NCBI GenBank assembly: GCA_041167925.1
Contig: JBEELY010000346.1
Coordinates: 1-35,708 of the forward strand
Direction of reading: 5' to 3'
Source: Pseudomonadota bacterium
GTDB taxonomy: Bacteria > Pseudomonadota > Gammaproteobacteria > Burkholderiales > Burkholderiaceae_E
Length of the DNA stretch: 35,708 bases
The position numbers and the translations under genes were made by a program. The notes under the pieces were generated by a model. It searched no databases and was not told where the DNA came from. It saw only the letters and a list, made by a program, of their open reading frames with translations. Positions 21,879-29,002 of this stretch are shown here, piece after piece (the stretch's first letter is position 1; each line of letters begins with the position of its first letter).

Positions 21879-23927
21879 TTGGCAGAAATTTTCGACTTCA
21901 ACCTGGCGGCCACCGCCGCCGCACCAAGACAGATCAGCGCCGCCGAGGCCGAGCGCCGCTTCATGGATCTCGCCGCCTCGATCGGCATCGACACGCGCGA
22001 CCTCCAGAGCTTCGGCCCGACCGATGACATCGTGCGCGTGGCCACGACGCAGGACAAGCGCGGCAAGCGCTCCGGCTGGTACTCGCTGCACGAGGAGGCG
22101 GGCCTGCTCTACGGCATCGTGGGCAACTGGCAGACGGGCGAGCAGGCCAAGTTCTATGGCCGCGAGGTCAGCCAGATCGACGACGACCTGCTGCGTACGA
22201 TGCGGATCAAGCAGGAAGTGCGCGAGCGCGAGGCTGCGGAGCTGAAGCGCCGGAACGCGGCGGAGGCCGCCGAGATGATCCGCCACCTGCCGCCCTGCCC
22301 CGACAGCCACCCCTACCTGGTCCGCAAGCGGGTAAAGGCCCACGGCGCGCTGCTGGTCGGCTCCGACCTGCTGCTGCCGCTGTACGATGCGGCGGGCAAC
22401 GTGGTCAGCACGCAAACGATTGCAGCCGACGGCGACAAGACCTTCCGCACGGGCTGCACCTCCAAGGGCATGTTCGGCATCGGAAGCCCCACGGCGACGG
22501 TCGTCGTCTGCGAGGGCTTTGCCACGGGCGCGTCGATCCACGAGGCGACGGGGCTGCGCGTCTACGTCGTCTTCAGCGCGGGCAACCTGCCCGCCCTGAT
22601 CGGCGACATTGCGGAGATCGAGGCGGTGAACGGCGCGCAGATCGTGATCGCCGCCGACAACGATCTCAGCGGCACGGGCCAGCGCGAGGCCGAGAAGGCT
22701 GCCGAGAAGATCGGCGGCGCTCAGGTGCTGATGCCTGGTGAGGTCGGCGCGGACTGGAACGACATCGCCATCCGTCGGCCCGAAGAGCTGCGGAAGGCCT
22801 TCGCCGAGATCAGGCCGCTGTTTCAGAGCTGGGAGGTCATCGACTTCGCGGCGCTGCCGCGCCGCCAGTGGGTCTACGGCCACACGTACATTCGGCAATT
22901 CTGCTCGATCACGGTGGCACCCGGCGGGCTCGGCAAGTCCACGCTGGTGCTGACCGAGGCCATCGCTATGGCGACGGGCCGCAACCTGCTGGGCGTCGAG
23001 GTCAAGGAGAAGCTCCGGGTCGTCTACTTCAACGCGGAAGATCCGCTCGTCGAGCTGCAACTCCGCGTGGCTGCGATCTGCCTGCGGTTCGGCATCGATC
23101 AGCGCGAGCTGGTGGGCAAGCTCTTCCTCCAGTCGGGCCGCGACAACGAGATCATCCTCGCCACGGGCGACCCTGGCGAGCTGATCGAGGCGGCCTTCAC
23201 GCGCATCGAGGCCTTCGTGAAGTTTCACGGGGTCGATGTCGTGATCCTCGACCCCCTCGCCAACATGCACGAGAGCGAGGAGGACAACCGCACCTACCGC
23301 AAGCTCGGCAAGCGGCTCTCGCGCATGGCTGACGCCTACCACCTCGCCTGCCACCTCGTTCACCACACGAAGAAGCTGAACGGCATGGCGGCGACGGTCG
23401 AAGACAGCCGTGGCGGATCGGCGCTGATCGGTGCCGTCCGCGTCGCGCGGGCAATCAACCCGATGGAGCCAGACGAGGCTGCGCGCTTCGGCCTCTCCAC
23501 ACACATCGACCACTTCCGCATCGAGGCGGCGGGCAAGAACAACCTCGCCCGCCCTGCCGACAAGGCGGAGTGGTACGTGCGCGAGGGCGTGCCACTGCCG
23601 AATGGCGACACCTGCGCCGTGGTCGAGCGGTGGACGCCGCCCGATCCCTTCGAGGGCATCGGCCATGAGCACGCCAAGCGCGTGCAGGTGGAGCTGATGA
23701 AGGCAGAGCATGGAGCCTGGCGGGAGAGCGCGCAGTCGAAGGATTGGGTGGGCCACCTCGTCGGGCGCATCTGCGAGATCGACCCCGAGGATCGCGCCGG
23801 AAAGGCGCGCATCAAGGGCATCATCAAGCAATGGATCACCAACAGCATCCTCGCCATCGACTACGTCGAGGACAAGGTGAAGAAGCGCGAAGTCCCCGTC
23901 ATCGTGGTCGGAAAGGAGCTGATGTGA
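21879..23927 (+). CDS. bifunctional Toprim primase / RepA-like (AAA_25) helicase
   Basis: The Toprim motifs are VVVCEGFATG and IAADND. The Walker A is APGGLGKST, with the Walker B-like VVILDP. The TTG start has GGGAGG 5 nt upstream. Confidence 0.85.
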   Translation: MAEIFDFNLAATAAAPRQISAAEAERRFMDLAASIGIDTRDLQSFGPTDDIVRVATTQDKRGKRSGWYSLHEEAGLLYGIVGNWQTGEQAKFYGREVSQIDDDLLRTMRIKQEVREREAAELKRRNAAEAAEMIRHLPPCPDSHPYLVRKRVKAHGALLVGSDLLLPLYDAAGNVVSTQTIAADGDKTFRTGCTSKGMFGIGSPTATVVVCEGFATGASIHEATGLRVYVVFSAGNLPALIGDIAEIEAVNGAQIVIAADNDLSGTGQREAEKAAEKIGGAQVLMPGEVGADWNDIAIRRPEELRKAFAEIRPLFQSWEVIDFAALPRRQWVYGHTYIRQFCSITVAPGGLGKSTLVLTEAIAMATGRNLLGVEVKEKLRVVYFNAEDPLVELQLRVAAICLRFGIDQRELVGKLFLQSGRDNEIILATGDPGELIEAAFTRIEAFVKFHGVDVVILDPLANMHESEEDNRTYRKLGKRLSRMADAYHLACHLVHHTKKLNGMAATVEDSRGGSALIGAVRVARAINPMEPDEAARFGLSTHIDHFRIEAAGKNNLARPADKAEWYVREGVPLPNGDTCAVVERWTPPDPFEGIGHEHAKRVQVELMKAEHGAWRESAQSKDWVGHLVGRICEIDPEDRAGKARIKGIIKQWITNSILAIDYVEDKVKKREVPVIVVGKELM

Positions 23928-24148
23928 TGCGTGGCGTGATACCCAAGTCCGTACTGAGTGAGATCGAGCAGTCCGGGCTGCCGTGGCGGCTGGAAATAGG
24001 TGGCCGCCACTACAAGCTCATCGTGGCCGACAGGCTGGCGGGCATCCTGCCATACAGCGGCAAGGCGCAGCGGCAAGAGAGCGACCAGCGCGCCACGCTA
24101 AACATGCGAGCGCAGGTGCGCCGCATCATAAGGGAGGTGAAGGGATGA
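23927..24148 (+). CDS. hypothetical protein (73 aa)
   Basis: The ATG at 23927 overlaps the primase stop as TGATG. No family recognised. Confidence 0.5.
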   Translation: MRGVIPKSVLSEIEQSGLPWRLEIGGRHYKLIVADRLAGILPYSGKAQRQESDQRATLNMRAQVRRIIREVKG

Positions 24149-24282
24149 AGAAGGGTAGTGACACGAGGGTGGTGAGGGTCCGCAACGGCACCACCTTCTC
24201 CACCAGTACGCCGCGCGAGATGCAGATCACGCTGCCGCGCATGCCCTGGGAGCCGAAGGAAGAGATCAAGGAGGAGGCATGA
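24145..24282 (+). CDS. small hypothetical protein (45 aa)
   Basis: ATGA overlaps at both ends, with GGGAGG upstream. Short and weakly supported. Confidence 0.35.
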   Translation: MKKGSDTRVVRVRNGTTFSTSTPREMQITLPRMPWEPKEEIKEEA

Positions 24283-24569
24283 GCACGGACATCCCGCGCG
24301 CGCGCCAGCTCCTGCGATCGGCGCTTGCGCCTGCGGCCACGGGGCCGCAGATGCGGACGTTGATCGTCGAGGCCCTGGCACTGATGACGCGCACGCGCAC
24401 GAAGCGGATCACCGCCCCTGCCGAGGGGCGGAAGATCACCCCTGAGCTGGAGGAGGCAATTTGGCGCACCTACGCCGCCTCGCCCGACTGGTCGATCCTG
24501 ACCATCGCAAACCTGCACGACGTGAACCCTGGTCGCGTCTCTGAAATCATCGCAAGGAGATCGGCATGA
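24279..24569 (+). CDS. hypothetical protein (96 aa) with C-terminal HTH-like segment
   Basis: LTIANLHDVNPGRVSEII resembles an HTH. ATGA overlaps on both sides. Confidence 0.5.
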   Translation: MSTDIPRARQLLRSALAPAATGPQMRTLIVEALALMTRTRTKRITAPAEGRKITPELEEAIWRTYAASPDWSILTIANLHDVNPGRVSEIIARRSA

Positions 24570-25063
24570 TCGCCCAGAACTGGCTGGCGCACCGCGTCCA
24601 GCGATACCACACGAACCCGCACTTGGCCCGCGTCGGCCAGACGAACGCGGATCACGCGCATGGCGTGGCCTCGATCATTGCGATGCTGCACCCTGAGCCC
24701 AGCGCGGCCCTGCTGCGCGCGGCGCTCTGGCACGACGCAGGCGAGCGGTGGGCGGGCGACCTGCCGTCGCCGTTCAAGGAGGAGTTCCCTGATGTCGCGC
24801 GGCAGCATCGCTTCGCGGAGCAACGGCTGGCGCTGCGCGCCGCGCCCCTCGAGCCGATGCTGACGCCCGACGAGGAGAGCTGGCTGAAGATGGCCGACGG
24901 CCTTGAGGCGCTCTTCTTCGCGGCCTTGCACCGCCCCAACCTCCTGGAGCGCGCCGACTGGCTGAAGCACATGGACGACGTGCTGGATCGCGCCGAGGAC
25001 CACGGCGCTCGGCGCGCCATTGAGGCGGCCATCAAGATGGTGATCGAGGAGGGGATGGCATGA
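24566..25063 (+). CDS. HD-domain phosphohydrolase (YfbR-type 5'-deoxynucleotidase-like)
   Basis: RYHT...QTNADHAHGVA...ALWHDAGE gives the H...HD...D metal ligands in the order typical of small HD nucleotidases. Confidence 0.75.
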   Translation: MIAQNWLAHRVQRYHTNPHLARVGQTNADHAHGVASIIAMLHPEPSAALLRAALWHDAGERWAGDLPSPFKEEFPDVARQHRFAEQRLALRAAPLEPMLTPDEESWLKMADGLEALFFAALHRPNLLERADWLKHMDDVLDRAEDHGARRAIEAAIKMVIEEGMA

Positions 25064-25371
25064 CCCCGAAGGAAGAAATGGACGCGCTGGCGGAGACGCT
25101 GCTGAAGCCCACGACGCGCAGCGAAATCCTGGAGGAGGCGAGCCGCCTGATCCACGGCGAGCGCGCGAAGGCCTACGGGCCGCCGGAGGTCAACCACCTC
25201 CGCATCGCGAGGGGCTGGGCGATCATCCTCGGCACCGAAGTCAGGCCTGATCAGGTGGCCCTCTGCATGGCGTGGCTGAAGATTGCGCGCCTGTGTGAGG
25301 GGCCGCACCGTGACAGCTACGTGGACGGTGCGGCCTATTTGGCGCTGGCAGGCGAGCTGGCGCTGGACTAG
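25060..25371 (+). CDS. DUF6378-like phage protein (103 aa)
   Basis: LIHGERAKAYGPPEVNHLRIARGW......V..CMAWLKIARL...PHRDSYVDGAAY matches my recollection of that family. No function known. Confidence 0.5.
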   Translation: MTPKEEMDALAETLLKPTTRSEILEEASRLIHGERAKAYGPPEVNHLRIARGWAIILGTEVRPDQVALCMAWLKIARLCEGPHRDSYVDGAAYLALAGELALD

Positions 25372-25934
25372 AGCCGCTTGCCCGCCCAGACGACGCGCCC
25401 AGCGACCTTGATGTCGCTGGGGGCGACATCGCCGAGCGGCGCGTAGAGCGCATTGTCGTTCGTGATCGTGAGCTTCTTGCGGATCGGGTTGAACGACACG
25501 CGCTTCACCATCGTGTGGCCTGCGGCCTCGATCGCGTAGACGCCATCCTGCGTGACCTTCGCCACCGTCTTGTCGATCAGGACGATGTCGCCCCGCGCAA
25601 GCGTCGGCAGCATAGCGTCATCCTCCACTTCGATCGCCTGAAGCGTTGAGGGCTTGCCTATCTTGTCCACCTGATCCCCATCGAAGGCCATGCGCTTCTT
25701 GCCGCCCAGAAAGGGAAGCACTACCACAGGCTGCTCGATGATTTGGCCATCGCCAATCAAGTCTGCGACGCGGCAATTCAACGCGCCCGCGATCTCCTCG
25801 AGCAGAGGCATGTTTACGCGCCCCGGCTCCTTCTCATACCTACCCACTGATACCCCCGTCGTACCTATTAACTTGGCAAGGTCAGATTGCGACATCCCTC
25901 GCGCCTCGCGCAACTCGCGTATTCTTAATTTCAT
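25368..25934 (-). CDS. CI-type repressor: XRE HTH plus LexA/S24-like C-terminal domain lacking the catalytic Ser
   Basis: N-terminal ARGMSQSDLAKLIGTTGVSVGRYE is the HTH. The C-terminal domain has the S24 layout, with DDAM in place of the GDSM-type motif (Ala107, codon GCT at 25614-25616) and a conserved VKRV Lys. ATGA overlap with int. Confidence 0.85.
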   Translation of the reverse strand: MKLRIRELREARGMSQSDLAKLIGTTGVSVGRYEKEPGRVNMPLLEEIAGALNCRVADLIGDGQIIEQPVVVLPFLGGKKRMAFDGDQVDKIGKPSTLQAIEVEDDAMLPTLARGDIVLIDKTVAKVTQDGVYAIEAAGHTMVKRVSFNPIRKKLTITNDNALYAPLGDVAPSDIKVAGRVVWAGKRL

Positions 25935-26776
25935 GCAAGGTGCCCCCGCACTTCATCCATCCTCGCCAGAACATCCTCTGGCCGTAGATTTACGTACCGC
26001 TGAAGCATCCTCCAGTCCGCGTGGCCGCTGACCACCCGGAGCATGGCGGGCGTCCAGCCAGCCGCCGCGAGACGAGATAAGCACTCATGGCGCAGGTCGT
26101 GCCAGTGAAAATCCTGTAGGGAGGGCATGACGCTGGCGGCGCGGTCACGGGTGCGGTGCCAGCTCAGGCGGTGGGCGTTGGCCGTCATGTCGAGCAGCGA
26201 GCCCACGCCAGCGTGCGGCCTGAGCGCCTCAACGGCGGGGATGGACAGCGGCACCAGCCTGCCCTTGTTCGTCTTGGTCACCTCCTTGGGCAGCCGGATC
26301 GTGCGGGCCGAGAGGTCGATCCACTCGCGCCGGATCGCGCACATCTCATTGCGCCTGACGCCCGTCTCGACGGCCACCACCATCGAGAGGCGCATGCGCT
26401 CGCTGGCCTCGCCCCACAGCGCCTGCCACTCGCCGGGCAGCAGCCTGCGCTCGCGCCCGCTGTCGATCGTCGGCATGGCGATGCGACTGAAGGTCTGCTT
26501 GTGGTCGGGGATGTCGAGGCCCCACTCCTGGCGCGCCGTGCGGATGATCGCCTTGAGGCAATTCAGCTCGTGCGTGATGGATTGGGGCGAGAGGTGCGCG
26601 CGGGTCCGCATGAAGTCCCGCAGATGCTCCGGCTGGAGCTTTCCGATGCGGATGTGGCCGAGGTGCTGGGCCACGGTGCGGGCGCGGTAGCCCGTCTGGT
26701 GGGGGCGTGGAAAGGCCGCCGCGTAGCGGTCGGCCAATTCACGTATTGTCGGGGAAAACAACTTAAGGCTGATCAT
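25931..26776 (-). CDS. int: tyrosine recombinase / phage integrase
   Basis: The catalytic R (ETGVRRNE), HxxR (WHDLRHE), H (GHADW) and Y (LQRYVNL) are present. It is adjacent to the tRNA-derived attP. GGAG upstream. Confidence 0.92.
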   Translation of the reverse strand: MISLKLFSPTIRELADRYAAAFPRPHQTGYRARTVAQHLGHIRIGKLQPEHLRDFMRTRAHLSPQSITHELNCLKAIIRTARQEWGLDIPDHKQTFSRIAMPTIDSGRERRLLPGEWQALWGEASERMRLSMVVAVETGVRRNEMCAIRREWIDLSARTIRLPKEVTKTNKGRLVPLSIPAVEALRPHAGVGSLLDMTANAHRLSWHRTRDRAASVMPSLQDFHWHDLRHECLSRLAAAGWTPAMLRVVSGHADWRMLQRYVNLRPEDVLARMDEVRGHLA

Positions 26777-26842
26777 GTGTGTCTCCAGTTATGGCGACAC
26801 TCAGCCTGCAGTCCGAATTACGGTGCCATCTTTTTGAGGAGA

Positions 26843-26889
26843 TGGCGCGAGTGACGGGGCTCGAACCCGCGACCTTCGGCGTGACAGGC
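26843..26889 (-). other. attP core: 3' 47 nt of a tRNA-Asp(GTC), partial and not a functional tRNA
   Basis: The minus strand reads GC-CTGTCAC-GCCGA-AGGTC-GCGGG-TTCGAGC-CCCGT-CACTCGC-G-CCA. This covers the anticodon loop with GTC, the variable loop, the T arm, the 3' acceptor strand and CCA. No D arm or 5' acceptor strand lies upstream. Confidence 0.75.
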
Positions 26890-26960
26890 TAAGTGCGGAG
26901 CCTGTTTCGCGCGGTCCGAGTGTCCCGTCTACGCACTGGAGGTTGCGAGTTCGCCGTATG

Positions 26961-28994
26961 TCACCGATCGGAGAGCAGCCCTTGCTCTGCAACGATGGGC
27001 GATACCCTCGCGCCAGCCCTGCCAAGGCCATCGAGCGTGTTGACGACCTTCTTCTCAAGGACGCCGATCAGGCTGTTGTCCTTCAGCGCCCGCTCCACCA
27101 GCAGCGGGTCATCGGACAGCACGATCCTGGCGATCTCCATGCGCTGCGCCTCGGACAGGTTCGGAGCCCTGTCACCCACGAGGCGCGACAGGAGGCGTGC
27201 CCATGCGAACAAGTCCGAGCCGCCAATGGCCGACGCCGCATCCTGCGCCACGCCCATGTTGTCGCCGATGCCTTGCGACATCGTCGTCTGCGCTGTCTGC
27301 GACCCGCCGATGATAGTGTCGCGGGCGGCCTGCGCGTCGCGCGCCACCTCCAGCTTGGGGACGACGCGGCCCTCCGCCCCATCCGGCAAGGCAAGGCGCA
27401 ACGCCGTACCCCGCCCGGTGCTGGGTTCAGCAAGATCTCGGATCACGCCGGGCGCAGTGCTGGGCCGCGAGAGTTGCCCGCGCAGCGCGGCGACGAGGCC
27501 AGCGCGGAATGCCTTCAGCCCCTCGTCAGTTGCGAGCGCGGCGTCGCGCTCGGCGATCTGGCGCATGATCAGCTCCAGCTCGTCGGGGGTCTTCCCGGCG
27601 GCAGTCTGGCCGAGCTTGAAGAAGTCATTGGCGTGTCTGACGATGGCCGCCTCAGCGCGCGCTGCCTTGAGGGGCAGCGACGTGTTGTCCAGCTCCTGCT
27701 TCAGCATGTCGCGGAACAGGCCATAGCCTTCGCCGATGTCGCCGCTGCTGTCCTTGTAAGCCTTGCTGGTGAGGTCGCGCAGCGCGCGGAAGGTGCTCTC
27801 AGCCTCGGCGAGAGTGGGCGTCCGCGTGAAGCTGATCACGCCATCCTTCTCGGTGAAGAAGGGCTTGATCCCGTACTTCAGCCGCGCCGCCTTCGCCGCG
27901 TTCGTGAGGGCTTCCGGCGCATCCCTTGCCACCATCTCCAACATGGAGATGACCGTCGATGCCGGGGCGATAGGCGTGCCGTCTGGCCTGAACAGCGCGC
28001 CCGCGTAGGCATCTCTCTCGGCAATAGCCGCAGCTTCGTCGCTGACGCGCTTGTTGGCGAGGGGGTTGCCCGGATCTGCCAGCTCGCCCTGCACCGCGTC
28101 CAGCGCGGCTTTGCGCGTCTCGGCAGGGCGCGCGTCCAGGCGGTTGCGGATCAGCGACTGCGCCTCGCCACCCTCGGAGTAGAACTTGCGGATCATCAGG
28201 CCAAGCGTCTTGTTCTCGGCCATCAGCGTTCCATTGCGGACGCCCTCGATCACCTCATCCGGCGTCAAGCCGCCACGCTGCGCGAGGCGCTGGATTTCCG
28301 CAGAGACGACGCCAGCCATGCGGTCGCCAGACTTGCGCCTGATCCAGTCAACGGCGGGCTTGAAGATAGACTGCCCAACAGCGGTCATTGCCCCGCCGAT
28401 GACAGCCCCGCCGCCCGCGCCAACAAGGCCATCCGCGACGGCTTTGCCGAAGCGGTTGCCGATGTCGCCCTCGCCAGAGTTGAAGCCGTAGACAGCGCCC
28501 GTCGCGCCGCCGACCTTGGCCCCGTGCAGGGCGGATCTGCCGATCGCAGCAAGCCTGCCTGCCGTGGGAGCAACGGCGGCAGCCGAGCTGCCGCCAGTGA
28601 AAGGCGCTGCGAGCATCGCCGCCACCGTCGGGGCCAGCGCGCCGCCACCCTCCCAGGCAAGCGAGGAGTATGGGTAGGCTGCGCGATAGGCTTCCAGCGC
28701 GTTGCGTTCAGCCTCGACCGACTGGTTGTAGGCGTCGGTGTAGCCGTCGCCAGACATCCAGCTCGCCGCGCCAGAGGCCGCGCCCTTGATCTCGTCCCAC
28801 GCGCCGAGCGTCAGGCCCTGCATGAAGGCCTTGCCACGCTCAGTGGGCGGAGGCTCGTTCTTCGTGACGCCTTGGCTGACGGCCTCTCTGATCGCCTGCC
28901 GCTGCCGCTCCTGATCTTCGGGCGAGAGTGCATTCCAGACTTCGTCTGGGACTTCCACGGGCGGCAGGCCGCCTCCAAGCTCAACGATTGCCAT
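26961..28994 (-). CDS. internal-virion/ejection-type protein (677 aa) with Gly-zipper hydrophobic segments
   Basis: Last gene of the structural operon. It has GGGALAPTVAAMLAAPFTGG and GLVGAGGGAVIGGAMTAVG segments. No enzymatic motif recognised. Confidence 0.55.
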   Translation of the reverse strand: MAIVELGGGLPPVEVPDEVWNALSPEDQERQRQAIREAVSQGVTKNEPPPTERGKAFMQGLTLGAWDEIKGAASGAASWMSGDGYTDAYNQSVEAERNALEAYRAAYPYSSLAWEGGGALAPTVAAMLAAPFTGGSSAAAVAPTAGRLAAIGRSALHGAKVGGATGAVYGFNSGEGDIGNRFGKAVADGLVGAGGGAVIGGAMTAVGQSIFKPAVDWIRRKSGDRMAGVVSAEIQRLAQRGGLTPDEVIEGVRNGTLMAENKTLGLMIRKFYSEGGEAQSLIRNRLDARPAETRKAALDAVQGELADPGNPLANKRVSDEAAAIAERDAYAGALFRPDGTPIAPASTVISMLEMVARDAPEALTNAAKAARLKYGIKPFFTEKDGVISFTRTPTLAEAESTFRALRDLTSKAYKDSSGDIGEGYGLFRDMLKQELDNTSLPLKAARAEAAIVRHANDFFKLGQTAAGKTPDELELIMRQIAERDAALATDEGLKAFRAGLVAALRGQLSRPSTAPGVIRDLAEPSTGRGTALRLALPDGAEGRVVPKLEVARDAQAARDTIIGGSQTAQTTMSQGIGDNMGVAQDAASAIGGSDLFAWARLLSRLVGDRAPNLSEAQRMEIARIVLSDDPLLVERALKDNSLIGVLEKKVVNTLDGLGRAGARVSPIVAEQGLLSDR

Positions 28995-29002
28995 GCTAGC
29001 CT

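Noticed and set aside
21816-23831. 671-aa minus-strand ORF opposite the primase-helicase
   Set aside because: It is antisense to a gene with Toprim and Walker motifs. This is the same GC-rich artefact.
26843-26925. A complete tRNA gene next to the integrase
   Set aside because: Only the anticodon loop (GTC), variable loop, T arm, 3' acceptor strand and CCA are present. The upstream sequence does not pair with the 3' anticodon stem (TTAGC versus the needed TCGGC). No D arm or complementary 5' acceptor strand (GCGAGTG) exists. I therefore interpret it as the attP core rather than a tRNA.
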